This document shows, in pieces, positions 49,039-59,094 of a stretch of DNA of 64,000 nucleotides (its first letter is position 1; each line of letters begins with the position of its first letter). The position numbers and the translations under genes were made by a program. This stretch comes from an uncultured virus (IMG/VR IMGVR_UViG_3300031851_000007) (lineage: Duplodnaviria > Heunggongvirae > Uroviricota > Caudoviricetes), in IMG/VR virus record IMGVR_UViG_3300031851_000007, positions 1 through 64,000 of that record. The stretch is one strand, 5' to 3'. The notes beneath the pieces are model-generated. The model worked only from the letters and a program-made list of their open reading frames with translations. It searched no databases and had not been told where the DNA came from.

Positions 49039-49281
49039 TTAGCTATTCGGGTTACCTAGTAAAGATCCACCGTAGTTTGCTACAATTTCATCTCTATTAG
49101 TTGTCATTTGTGTTGTATTAGGGTCTTCCCACATTCTAGCCATTTCGAGATTAACCATTTCATCTTTGGCTAATTCTACTACATGACCTACAGCATTCTC
49201 TACCCAACCTTCTGGGTCTAGTGCTTGGTTTGCTAGAACCTTATACTCCATATCTGTTATTTCAAAAGTAATGTTTCTCAT
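49039..49281 (-). CDS. Small hypothetical protein, paralogue 2
   Basis: 80 aa, AAGGA RBS, upstream TAAATA at 49301-49306. Confidence 0.6.
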   Translation of the reverse strand: MRNITFEITDMEYKVLANQALDPEGWVENAVGHVVELAKDEMVNLEMARMWEDPNTTQMTTNRDEIVANYGGSLLGNPNS

Positions 49282-49303
49282 TGTTTATCGTCCTTATAAG
49301 TAT

Positions 49304-50239
49304 TTATGCAATTTGGTATCCGTTAAAGATACTATGACCGCCGTGGAATCTTGTTTGTGAGTTACGCCAGAATATCCAAACGCTTACATATTGACCAGCA
49401 TTCATATATGTTCCTAGATCTGCATACAATCCGTGCGCATAGTTGTTTCTACCGCCGTGTCTCCAAATACCGTGTGGTGCTCTACCGCCGTGCATAGCAA
49501 CACTACCGTTTTTACCAAAACTGAAGTGTACATATCCAGAAGTAGCGTTTGTGTCGTTACGACAATATGTTTGGAATTGGAATTGATAAAATCCTGCAAC
49601 AGGTGCATAAAATCTACCATTACCGTTTTGGAAGTTAGTACCGCCACGTTGGTATGAACTCCAGCCAAAGTTTCCGTTTAATTCTCTCCAGCCATAGCCT
49701 CCGTATGAATTATTATATCTCCAACCACTAGTACCTGTTGAGTGGAACATTGGAGAACGTTCTCTAGTAACATTGTTTCCTCTAGTACGCATAGCTTCTT
49801 GGCCACCTGTAAGCAATATAGTATCATTACCGCTAAAGTTAATACCCGTATTGTTATCTCCACTTGGCCCTAATGATGTTGTGCCTGCTGAACCGTTTGA
49901 TAACCTTAGGTTTGTTACTTGGTCGCCAGCTTTGTTCATAGGAGTATATCCTAAGTTACCGGTTGCTGCGCCGCCTGCAAGTTTTGAACCTGCAATAGCT
50001 GCACTTCCTGATATATCGGCGTTTGTAACAGTTCTATAAGTAACTGTTTTGCTTGATATATCAATGCTACCAGCCAGCTGTGTTCCTGAAACAGCACCGT
50101 CACCTAATTGATCTGTACCAACTTGATTGGATCCAATTTTAGTATCTGTAACTTGTGCTGCACCAATATCTTCTGATTGTAAACTTCCATCTACAAGTGC
50201 ATGTGCGTCAATCTTTTTAAATGTATCATATAATGCCAT
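49304..50239 (-). CDS. Fibre protein with a C-terminal C1q/TNF-like domain, paralogue 1
   Basis: 10-aa V(T/G)x2K(I/L) repeats, NLGYTPMNKAGD, NGRFYAPVAGFYQF, MNAGQYVSV, FNGYQI. Confidence 0.75.
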   Translation of the reverse strand: MALYDTFKKIDAHALVDGSLQSEDIGAAQVTDTKIGSNQVGTDQLGDGAVSGTQLAGSIDISSKTVTYRTVTNADISGSAAIAGSKLAGGAATGNLGYTPMNKAGDQVTNLRLSNGSAGTTSLGPSGDNNTGINFSGNDTILLTGGQEAMRTRGNNVTRERSPMFHSTGTSGWRYNNSYGGYGWRELNGNFGWSSYQRGGTNFQNGNGRFYAPVAGFYQFQFQTYCRNDTNATSGYVHFSFGKNGSVAMHGGRAPHGIWRHGGRNNYAHGLYADLGTYMNAGQYVSVWIFWRNSQTRFHGGHSIFNGYQIA

Positions 50240-50242
50240 GTT

Positions 50243-51169
50243 TTATCCTATCAAATATCCGCACCACTGTGTGTGGTCTCCGTGGTGTCTACCTTGGTTG
50301 CCGCCCCAATATGGTTGTGGCGAAACATATTGTCCGGCATTCATATATGTTACGATTCCGCACATAATACCAGGAGTATAGTTGTTTCTAACACCATGTG
50401 AGAAAATTGTGTGAGGCACTCGGCCTGTTGTTGATGTGCCAATGGAGCTGTTCTTACTAATATTCCAGTGTGTATAACCATTGGAGTTATTGTTGTTATT
50501 ATAAAAATAACTTTGTAGATACACATAGTAGTAACCTGCTACAGGAGCTGTAACACGGCTGTTATTACTTGTTGTAATGCCACCGCTGGTACTATATTGG
50601 TAACTCATATTGTCAAGTTCTCTCCAACCGCCTGGACCTCCGTAAGAGTTTGCATATCTCCAGCCGCCGTTACCACTAGCTACCCAAGCTGGTCTATCAG
50701 CTTCTAATGGTCTACCGCTTCCGTCAAATTGGAATTTTAAATTACCGCCTGATCTTATTTCAATATTATCTGCACTAAATCTAAGTCCACTTGTTGTAGC
50801 GCCCGAACTAGCAACATAGTTAGCATTATCGTAAATAATTTGCCCGGACATTGTGTCACCAACTTTATTAACTGGTGTATACCCTAAGTTGTCTACAGAA
50901 GCAGAACTTGCAAGTTTTGATCCTGCAATAGCACCACTTGCAAAGTCTCCATCAACCATTGCTCTATATACTACAGTTTTACCACTAATATCAAGAGTTG
51001 AATCTAGTTTACCAGTTGTTACTGCTCCATTATTAATTTCAACTGTTTGTGCTGCACTACTAGCAAGTTCTGTTGTGCCAACTGCGCCGTCTGCTAACTT
51101 TGCATTTTCAACTTCACCGTCAATAACAGCTCTTGTTGAAATTTTCTTAAATGTATTATATACTGCCAT
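50243..51169 (-). CDS. Fibre protein with a C1q/TNF-like domain, paralogue 2
   Basis: DGAVGTTEL repeats, NLGYTPVNKVGD, RVTAPVAGYYYV, MNAGQYVSP, WCGYLIG. Confidence 0.75.
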   Translation of the reverse strand: MAVYNTFKKISTRAVIDGEVENAKLADGAVGTTELASSAAQTVEINNGAVTTGKLDSTLDISGKTVVYRAMVDGDFASGAIAGSKLASSASVDNLGYTPVNKVGDTMSGQIIYDNANYVASSGATTSGLRFSADNIEIRSGGNLKFQFDGSGRPLEADRPAWVASGNGGWRYANSYGGPGGWRELDNMSYQYSTSGGITTSNNSRVTAPVAGYYYVYLQSYFYNNNNNSNGYTHWNISKNSSIGTSTTGRVPHTIFSHGVRNNYTPGIMCGIVTYMNAGQYVSPQPYWGGNQGRHHGDHTQWCGYLIG

Positions 51170-51173
51170 TACT

Positions 51174-52127
51174 TTATCCTACCAAATGTCCACTAAAGAT
51201 ATGGTGACCTGCGTGGTGTCTTGAGTTGCCGTTTGCATGCCAACGAACATACAAACTTACATATTGTCCAGAGTTTAAATACAATACACTATTATAGTTT
51301 GCACCGTCGTCGTAGTTATTTCTGTTACCGTGCATGTTTATTGTATAAGGTGTTCTACCTGTTGGTGTTGTACCTTGTTGTCCGTTTCTACTAATAAATG
51401 CATGTATGTAACTGTTAGTACCGTTAGAGTTGTTAAGTAAATACCACATAGTTGAGAAGTGATACCAGCCCGCTACAGGAGCAGTGTAGCGTCCGTTACT
51501 AGTATTATAGTTTGAACCTCCATACTGATGGCTTACTTCCCAATTCATAATTGAATTTAGTTCTCTATAACCTGTACCGCCATATGAGTTAGAATATAAC
51601 CATCCTGGTCGTCCTACAGCAGCAAAAGCTGGCTTTTGAGGATATCTAACTCTAGCACTACTATCAATTTGCATTGCATCATTGCCATTAACACTAAAGC
51701 GCATATTATCACCACTCGGAAAATAAATGCCTGTGTTACCGTCACTTGAACCTCTAATAGCTGGCGAACTTGCACTACCTGATGTAGTATTAAGTCTACC
51801 AGTCATAGTGTCGCCACTTTTGTTTACTGGTGTATAACCTAAGTTAGCAACAACAGCTCCGCCTGCAAGTTTACCACTTGTTATACCAGCACTACTAGAC
51901 AAGTCACTATTTACAATTGGTCTATAAGTAACTGTTTTTGAACTAAGATCTAATGAAGCAGACAATTTATCTGATGTAACTGCTCCTGAAGCAATCTTAG
52001 CTGCTGTAACAGCACCGTCAGCTATCTTAGCTGATTGTACTGTATCAGCTTCGATATCTACAGTTTGAATCTGTAGGTCTACAACAGCGAACGAGTCGAT
52101 CTTTTTAAATGCTGAATATAAAGCCAT
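51174..52127 (-). CDS. Fibre protein with a C1q/TNF-like domain, paralogue 3
   Basis: DGAVTAAKIASGAVTSDKL, NLGYTPVNKSGD, KPAFAA, NGRYTAPVAGWYHF, LNSGQYVSL, FSGHLVG. Confidence 0.8.
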   Translation of the reverse strand: MALYSAFKKIDSFAVVDLQIQTVDIEADTVQSAKIADGAVTAAKIASGAVTSDKLSASLDLSSKTVTYRPIVNSDLSSSAGITSGKLAGGAVVANLGYTPVNKSGDTMTGRLNTTSGSASSPAIRGSSDGNTGIYFPSGDNMRFSVNGNDAMQIDSSARVRYPQKPAFAAVGRPGWLYSNSYGGTGYRELNSIMNWEVSHQYGGSNYNTSNGRYTAPVAGWYHFSTMWYLLNNSNGTNSYIHAFISRNGQQGTTPTGRTPYTINMHGNRNNYDDGANYNSVLYLNSGQYVSLYVRWHANGNSRHHAGHHIFSGHLVG

Positions 52128-52141
52128 ATTAGTTGCGTTCC

Positions 52142-52483
52142 TTAAGTTGTATAGATTCTCCAGCCGCGGCTGGGATTATAGTATACTAGATCAAATGCAG
52201 CGCCTTGAGTATTAACTGTTAGATCTTCGTCGAGTCCCATAACTAGTTGTCCGTTACGTGCAACTGTTAAGTTGTTTGTATCAAAAGTATAACCTGCGTC
52301 GAAAATTCGAACAGCATCGCCTTTTGCTGGAACTGAAGGAAGTGTTAATGTTAAACCTCCTGAACTCGTATCAACCCAGTATGTTTTATTAACATCTGCT
52401 GCTACACTTGTAGAAGCATCAACGTTTGGAAATTTTTGAACTTTTCCTGCGCCTACTGCACCTTGGTGTGTTTTTCTACCCAT
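52142..52483 (-). CDS. Small baseplate/fibre connector protein (T4 gp9/gp10/gp34-N-like domain)
   Basis: VDTSSGGLTLTLP...GD.VRIFD...NNLTVARNG...LVY...GW. Start taken as the ATG at 52483 (AAGGA RBS). Confidence 0.6.
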   Translation of the reverse strand: MGRKTHQGAVGAGKVQKFPNVDASTSVAADVNKTYWVDTSSGGLTLTLPSVPAKGDAVRIFDAGYTFDTNNLTVARNGQLVMGLDEDLTVNTQGAAFDLVYYNPSRGWRIYTT

Positions 52484-52493
52484 GTTACTGTCC

Positions 52494-52814
52494 TTATTCT
52501 GTTGCTGTTTCAAGTCCCATTACAATGCAAGTAACGTCAGCGTCATCTGATCTGACAACAATTTGTTTACCTGTATCTGCAACAATACCTGTTCTCTCAA
52601 CAACACCGTAACCCAACAATTCTACATCATATTCTAAATAATCTGCATTTGTTGGTGTTCCTGATGTTGCCATTGCAAGTCTAATGTTTCTTGGACTTGC
52701 GCTTCTATTACAAAAAGCAACAGTAACAACTGAGAAAGTTGTTTCTGGTACAGTATAAACACTTGTGTCTACGCCTGCTGCAAGATCTGCTGCTCCTAAT
52801 CTTCCGTTTGCCAT
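52494..52814 (-). CDS. Small beta-rich virion protein
   Basis: 106 aa, YTVP...CNR...LEYD...ERTGIV; GGAG RBS; inside the structural operon. Confidence 0.6.
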   Translation of the reverse strand: MANGRLGAADLAAGVDTSVYTVPETTFSVVTVAFCNRSASPRNIRLAMATSGTPTNADYLEYDVELLGYGVVERTGIVADTGKQIVVRSDDADVTCIVMGLETATE

Positions 52815-52833
52815 TTTTTATGTCTCCATTTTC

Positions 52834-55800
52834 TTATCTTAAGAAGTAATTATATGCTATTGGTAGTCCAACTACCCCGCCTTGGAAATTCATCTTCGCT
52901 TGTATATTTATCACTGGGTCAGTGATGGTTGTAATAGTATTACCTGCAATGAAAATCTCACCAGCTGTTACACTGTTAACGTTAAGTGACGCACCACCGC
53001 CACCAATTTGTGCTTCAATGTACGCTTTAATCGCACGTTGAGTTGGCACAACTGTATCACTGTTAGCAGTGAAGAATGGGTCTGTTGAGAACTCGCTAAT
53101 GCTTGCTGAAGCACCGCCTAGTGTAACTTCACCTAGTGAAAGTTCTTGGAGACCAGCAATGTTAAATGCATCAGCATTCAACGTTGCAATACCAGTTGAC
53201 TGTTCAATACTGAACAAATCACCTGCTCTAAAGTTACCGTCTTGGTCAGTTGTTGTAAAGAACACCCGTCCGCCGCCGCCAACTCTTGTTTCTGTTGTTT
53301 GATCCGGGTCTATTGTAGGAAGTCCTGGATAATTAGTAGTTTCAAATCCGCCTGTACCAATGTCTAAGAAATCATGTCCTGTTAGACGTACTTGTGAGTA
53401 ACGTATTCTAAGTGTTACACTATCGCCATCTACTGGAGCATCTACTACTGACATCTGTGGTGATAAGTTTAAGAACGCTGTATATGTTCCTGGCTCATCG
53501 CCTACAAACGATACAATATTAACTAGTTTAAATGTCTTGTCTGGTAAGCTACCAAATACAACGTTTGAACCAGCAATTGGTCTTTCAGTAAGTCTTCTTA
53601 CAGCAACAAATGTACCTGTTTGGAAGAAGTCTGCAACACCATTTGAACTTGCAGCATTAACTTCTGCACTTGCACTAATAAATCCTGATCCTCTATTAGC
53701 AAAGCTAGGTTGTCCAACAACACCTTTGCCAACTCTTGTTTCAACTACAACATCATAAATGTTGTTTGGATCATATATGTATGCTTCTGGAGCTTCTGCA
53801 CCTAAATAGTTTGAACCTGGATCTGTTAGTCTAATTTCAAATACTTTTTCACTTGCTACGCCAGCTCTACCTCTAGCTCTTGAACCAATTGTAAGTAAAT
53901 TGTGGGTAGTTCCTGCGCCAGTTCCATTAACACTAAACACACCTGTACGTTGCGGATTACCAAATGCTATTGGACCACTGTTGTCTCCAACAGATATTTC
54001 TTGCCATTCGTTACCAAACTCAGAATATGCAACATTAGTACTATCTGTTCTAGTAGCTCCAAACACACCTTGACCGTAAGCAATACTACTGTACGCTCCT
54101 GATGGTAGTGTAATCTCTGACCAAGTATCTCCGCCGTCTACACTTAATGCACCTCTATTATTGTTATTACTTACAATTACAAATCTATTGTTACCATAAG
54201 CAATATCAGCCCAGTTATCTGCATTTGGAAGTGTCTGTATCTGCCAAGTTCCTGATAGTGTTGCTTGTAGTTGATCAATATACGCTACATTTGCTGTAAC
54301 TTTATCAACTGCAACAAACTTACCTTGTCCATAAGTTACTAATTCATAACCTGTTGCAGGAAGTGTGCTTGCTTTTTCTGTCCAGTTAACGCCGCCATCT
54401 TCACTAAAGAAGTGACTGTCGCTACCTGCATGTACAACCATAAACTTACCACTACCAAACGCAATATCAATTGGTTGGTTAATAGTAGCACCAGTTAGTG
54501 TAGTATTTGTCCAACTTGTTAAATCGTCTGTAGCATACCAAATGTTATTAGCATTAGTACTTGTTTGTGCAACAATAACTGTAGCACTATCACGTAGTAA
54601 CGAACTACCATCAAATATAAGACCAGTTGCAATTCTTACTTGACCAGTTGGTGCTGCTCCTGGAAGTGTAACTTCTGTCCATGTTGTACCGTCGACACTT
54701 AATTGTACTTCAGCGCCTGCTGTAACACTTACAAATTGTCCTGCTCTACCAAAGCCAGCAAAGTCAATGCCTGTTATTGCACCTGTTGCTGAGTTAACTG
54801 ATGTTACTGTAATTGTAATATCGTTTGCTGGTGTAGCACCATCCATGCTTGTACCAGCAAGAGTAATAGTTTCTAATCTTGCGTAGTTTCTACCGCCGCC
54901 AGCAATATCAACAAAGTACTTGCTACCGTTTCTAGTAATATTAAATGTAGCATCAGCTCCAAATGTACCACTGTAAGTTGTAACTCCTACTGCGCTATAA
55001 AGTTTTGCAGTTTCTGCATAAACTGTATCTTCAAATGTTCTTGATTGAGCTCTATCTGCTGTTGTTGCGTTTGGAGCAGTTGGTGCATCAAAGAATGCTT
55101 GTGGTTCAATAACATATGTTGAACTACTGTTTGGAGCAACGATTGTTGTTCCTTTAACATGATGATCCCAACCATCAACTACCTTAGTTGCTTTACCGTC
55201 GCCGGCGCCTGCACCTGTTGCTGAAAATATCTGTCCTGGCTGTGGATTTGTTAAACTACTTATTAGTGTAAAGTCTGTTGTACCTAGTTCATCAATTCTA
55301 TACAAATCACTGGTAACAAAACTACCTGCTGTTAAGACTGTTTCAGTTTCTCTAACAACGTCTGCTTGTTTAGATCCTGAGTTGTATGCTTTAACAATAG
55401 CATGTTGTCCAACACCATTACCACCTGTAACAAATACTTTCATACCCGGATAAGCACTCGAAATGTTACCGTCTGTAGCTGCAAGTGTAAGTGATGTTGT
55501 AGTACCAGACTGTGCAGTGTTTTGTACGTTTACATAACCACTACCTCCTAGTTCGCCACTTGAATCATCTAAATCAAGTATTCTAACATTAAACACACCA
55601 TCGTCACGGAATTCGTCACCTTCAATAACTTCGCCATCACCTGGTCCAAATATATCATAGTTAACTACAGTATAGTCACTACCCATATGCGAATATTCAA
55701 AGCTAAACAGTTTATCTGCATCACTCTCTACTGAAACAACAGTTGCGTTATATTGTGACTTGTTATCAACAATACCTGTAATTGGTGTTTCAAAAGGATC

Positions 55801-58800
55801 AACGCCTTCTGCTACAGAACCAAACGACCCGTATGAGTTGTTACCGTTAGTAGCACGTATTCTGCCGCCGTTTTCTGCAAGGTAGCCAATGTGTGCATAA
55901 TATGTAAACACTGACACAAGCTCTGCTCTACCGTTGTTTGTAATCCATGCACCAATACCGTTACTAATAACTTGTGTAAAGTCATTACTAACAATTGAGT
56001 CGTTACCGCCATTGTGTAGCGCACCGTCAATTTTTTGTCCAACTGCTGCGTTACCAAATGTTGTACAGTTTTGTACATATGGTGATCTTGAAATAATCCA
56101 AACATCTTCATCATTTGGACCCCAACCTGGATCTAACGAACAAACAGCACCAGCTGTTGGACGTTTAGTGCCAAAGTCATTGTTTGGACTTAGGTCGCCG
56201 TCTAGTCCTTGAAGCGTTTGTAGTCTTATACCAGTACCGTTACGTAAGTAGTAGAAATCTTCTTCTTGCGAACCAATTACACTATTTACATAGTATCTAG
56301 CTGCATAACGTGTTTTATATATACCTGGATATACACAAGAAATACTATCTGTATAATCTCTACGATAATTAGCTGGCCATGTCATATCTTCTTTAATTGC
56401 GTCAATATATGAATCAATATCACGTTTACATAATGTTGCGTTGTATTCGTATACTGGAAGTATATTCATTGTACCTGTAGTACTTTGATTAAGTGTAAGT
56501 TCGGCGCCGCCGTATGCTTCTGATATTGTAAAGTGTGTACCGTCAACAATTGTACGTACATAGTAAGTTTGACCTTCGACTATTTCAGGAACACCTGTAA
56601 GTATACTATCAAACTTAATTTCCATACCTAAGTGCAACCAGTTAGTACTTGAAATTGTAATTATGTTTGCTGCGCCAATTTCACTACTTGTACCTTTAAA
56701 GAAGTTGTTAACTTTAGTTGTTAGTTCTTCTTTAATAAATTCTTTATTAAGTTCTAATTGACGTCTTGCTGCATATACATTAAATTCATCAGTTTGTCTA
56801 TTTGAACCTTCGTTTGAACCACCAAATAATACATTATCAATCCATTCAAATGTAGTTTCTAATCCTGCAATAGCTGTTGCATCACCACCTACATTTAATT
56901 TTGCTTGTTCTTTTGCATATTTAAATGATGCTAGTGAAGCTGCTTTTTGTTCATCTCTAACTTTTGCACTTGGCCTACGCAAATAACTCATTGCTGCAAC
57001 CATACCTGCAAAGTTAGATCCTAGCTGCCAATCGTAACGAGCAGCATCAAGAATCAATCCAATATCTCTCATACACTTAGCTTGGTTGTATTTAAAGTCA
57101 CTGTATGTTGTATTAATATACTGTATTGTATCAAGTATAATAGTAGGCTGTGCTGTATCTATAGCAGCTTTCTCAGTTTGTAATGTTCCACTAACACCTA
57201 GTGTAGCTAAGTCTGGAAATACTGTTGTAGGTAAACTATCTGTGTTACCTGCTGTAATTGCATCAATTGTAACTTGTAAATTATTTTGAGCAGTAGTAGA
57301 TTCTGTACCAGTACCTGCTGTTCCTGCAGTGTTTTGTGTTTCAGTATTACCTGTTTGCGGAGTAATAGATGTTTCTTCAATGATATCATCTAAGATACTT
57401 TTCATATGTGTATAAGCTGCTGCTGTTTCAGTAATTTGACCTGCTGGGTAAGCTGCACCTGTACTACCAAAGTATGATTGAGCAATTCTTATTGAAGCAC
57501 TGTTTCCGCCATATAATATATCATATCTTAAAGCATCTAATATATATCCTACATCTCTTGCACATTTTGCTGCGTCATATGTTAATGATGGATATGTAGC
57601 TGCTACATAAGCATTAACGTCAGCTGCAATAAACACTCTGTTAGCATCTAGCTGTGCAGCAGCATTTGTTTGATCTGCTGAACTTAATCCTGTTGGTAAA
57701 CTTAGTGCATCTGCAAGTCCGTCACCTGGTACTGCTCCAGTTGTGTAAATTGAACTATTGTCTAAGATATCTAATATTTCATCAAATGCTGCGTTACTTC
57801 TACTAAGTGCAGTTGAATCAGTTAATGCTGCGCCTGCTTGACCTTTTGCAAATCTAATAGCACCTGAAGTTTCTGTACGCTGTGTTTGCAAGTTATATGC
57901 ATTTACAGGGCGTGTATATGAAATACCGTTGAACACTGCATTATAGTTTGTACCTAATGCAACGTCTAGTGCAACGTCTGTAAGTATGCGTCCTAAGTCT
58001 CTACGACAAGTTGTAGCATTATATCTAAAGCTACCAAAGTTTTTGCTTATAAAGTCAATAGCACCTTCTTTAATATCTGTATACTTTGTAAGTAATGTTG
58101 TTGAAGCACCTGTAAGTCCTGCTGCAACGCCTGCTACATTTGGATATGTGATTGTTGGAGCATTGTCAGGTCCTAGATTAATTATTGTAATAATATCATC
58201 TACTAAGCCGTCAATAGCTGTTGACGCTGCAACTGAGCCGCCATCGCCTAAGAACTGAGCTGCGCCACCTGTTGAGTACTGTGGACTAACTGCTGTACTT
58301 CTACCTATTTGCTTTAATACATCTTTTAAGTGTGTATATGCAGCAATAGTTGCTGTTTTTTCTTCACTATCAATTTGTAGATTACCTGTACTACCGTCAT
58401 AATATGCAAGACCTGCTTGAATACTTTGCCAGTTACCTGTATATACTAAGTCGTATACAACTGCATCTGAAATAAATGCAACATCTTTTTTGCATGATGT
58501 TCTACTATAATCTAAGTTTGGATACTGGTCTTTAATGTAAGCAATAACTTCTTGTTGTATAAACTCTTTGTTTGTACTAATCATGTCAGCTGCTTTTTGA
58601 AAATCTCCATCTGTTGAAGCACTTGCTGGAATTTCTCTTCCTAGCTGTGTTTGTAATGAAGAGTCAATATTTCTTATTAGTATTTTTGAAAGCATTTCTG
58701 CAGAATCTCTTTCTGCAGGCTGACCTAATGGAAATTGTGCAAACTGAGTTACGTTATTTCCTGATGTTGGCGTTACGGAGGTACCGTCTACAACATCACC

Positions 58801-59094
58801 AATAATTTCAGTAAGTCTGTTTAATGCATGATGGCTAAATCTAAAGTCCTTTCTAGGAGTTAGTGTAGCGTTTGTTGCTTTTCTAGGTTGTACGTTAGTT
58901 GAACGTAATTCGTCACCTATAATACATGTTTCTGCTGGAACACGTATCGGAAGCACTTCAGTATAAGTACCTGTTGCTACTTTTACTAAACTGTTCCTAA
59001 TTTCTCTGGGTGGTACATTAGTATCCACACCTGCTGTTACTGCATCGGTAATTATTTCACCGAGCGATTGTACTCTTTCAAATACTGTAGCCAT
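52834..59094 (-). CDS. Giant virion structural protein: beta-helix-like domain with inserted helical C-x-(R/K)-D repeats, beta-propeller region and conserved C-terminal module
   Basis: GTYTE..PIRVP..IIGDELRST and SPYVQNCTTFG...NDFTQ (beta-helix-like); repeated (Y/F)GxGxFV.V and S.DGG.W (propeller/Asp-box); GHDFLDIGTG...TDQDGNFRAG C-terminus. Confidence 0.8.
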   Translation of the reverse strand: MATVFERVQSLGEIITDAVTAGVDTNVPPREIRNSLVKVATGTYTEVLPIRVPAETCIIGDELRSTNVQPRKATNATLTPRKDFRFSHHALNRLTEIIGDVVDGTSVTPTSGNNVTQFAQFPLGQPAERDSAEMLSKILIRNIDSSLQTQLGREIPASASTDGDFQKAADMISTNKEFIQQEVIAYIKDQYPNLDYSRTSCKKDVAFISDAVVYDLVYTGNWQSIQAGLAYYDGSTGNLQIDSEEKTATIAAYTHLKDVLKQIGRSTAVSPQYSTGGAAQFLGDGGSVAASTAIDGLVDDIITIINLGPDNAPTITYPNVAGVAAGLTGASTTLLTKYTDIKEGAIDFISKNFGSFRYNATTCRRDLGRILTDVALDVALGTNYNAVFNGISYTRPVNAYNLQTQRTETSGAIRFAKGQAGAALTDSTALSRSNAAFDEILDILDNSSIYTTGAVPGDGLADALSLPTGLSSADQTNAAAQLDANRVFIAADVNAYVAATYPSLTYDAAKCARDVGYILDALRYDILYGGNSASIRIAQSYFGSTGAAYPAGQITETAAAYTHMKSILDDIIEETSITPQTGNTETQNTAGTAGTGTESTTAQNNLQVTIDAITAGNTDSLPTTVFPDLATLGVSGTLQTEKAAIDTAQPTIILDTIQYINTTYSDFKYNQAKCMRDIGLILDAARYDWQLGSNFAGMVAAMSYLRRPSAKVRDEQKAASLASFKYAKEQAKLNVGGDATAIAGLETTFEWIDNVLFGGSNEGSNRQTDEFNVYAARRQLELNKEFIKEELTTKVNNFFKGTSSEIGAANIITISSTNWLHLGMEIKFDSILTGVPEIVEGQTYYVRTIVDGTHFTISEAYGGAELTLNQSTTGTMNILPVYEYNATLCKRDIDSYIDAIKEDMTWPANYRRDYTDSISCVYPGIYKTRYAARYYVNSVIGSQEEDFYYLRNGTGIRLQTLQGLDGDLSPNNDFGTKRPTAGAVCSLDPGWGPNDEDVWIISRSPYVQNCTTFGNAAVGQKIDGALHNGGNDSIVSNDFTQVISNGIGAWITNNGRAELVSVFTYYAHIGYLAENGGRIRATNGNNSYGSFGSVAEGVDPFETPITGIVDNKSQYNATVVSVESDADKLFSFEYSHMGSDYTVVNYDIFGPGDGEVIEGDEFRDDGVFNVRILDLDDSSGELGGSGYVNVQNTAQSGTTTSLTLAATDGNISSAYPGMKVFVTGGNGVGQHAIVKAYNSGSKQADVVRETETVLTAGSFVTSDLYRIDELGTTDFTLISSLTNPQPGQIFSATGAGAGDGKATKVVDGWDHHVKGTTIVAPNSSSTYVIEPQAFFDAPTAPNATTADRAQSRTFEDTVYAETAKLYSAVGVTTYSGTFGADATFNITRNGSKYFVDIAGGGRNYARLETITLAGTSMDGATPANDITITVTSVNSATGAITGIDFAGFGRAGQFVSVTAGAEVQLSVDGTTWTEVTLPGAAPTGQVRIATGLIFDGSSLLRDSATVIVAQTSTNANNIWYATDDLTSWTNTTLTGATINQPIDIAFGSGKFMVVHAGSDSHFFSEDGGVNWTEKASTLPATGYELVTYGQGKFVAVDKVTANVAYIDQLQATLSGTWQIQTLPNADNWADIAYGNNRFVIVSNNNNRGALSVDGGDTWSEITLPSGAYSSIAYGQGVFGATRTDSTNVAYSEFGNEWQEISVGDNSGPIAFGNPQRTGVFSVNGTGAGTTHNLLTIGSRARGRAGVASEKVFEIRLTDPGSNYLGAEAPEAYIYDPNNIYDVVVETRVGKGVVGQPSFANRGSGFISASAEVNAASSNGVADFFQTGTFVAVRRLTERPIAGSNVVFGSLPDKTFKLVNIVSFVGDEPGTYTAFLNLSPQMSVVDAPVDGDSVTLRIRYSQVRLTGHDFLDIGTGGFETTNYPGLPTIDPDQTTETRVGGGGRVFFTTTDQDGNFRAGDLFSIEQSTGIATLNADAFNIAGLQELSLGEVTLGGASASISEFSTDPFFTANSDTVVPTQRAIKAYIEAQIGGGGASLNVNSVTAGEIFIAGNTITTITDPVINIQAKMNFQGGVVGLPIAYNYFLR
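56350..58600 (-). repeat. Five protein-level helical repeats with a C-x-(R/K)-D core, spaced 162, 148, 163 and 215 aa
   Basis: Cys codons at about 58493 (SCKKD), 58007 (TCRRD), 57563 (KCARD), 57074 (KCMRD) and 56429 (LCKRD). Confidence 0.85.

Noticed and set aside
49304..52127. Diversity-generating retroelement targeting the C1q paralogues
   Set aside because: There is no reverse transcriptase in the window and no near-identical template/variable repeat pair differing only at adenines; the paralogues differ throughout.
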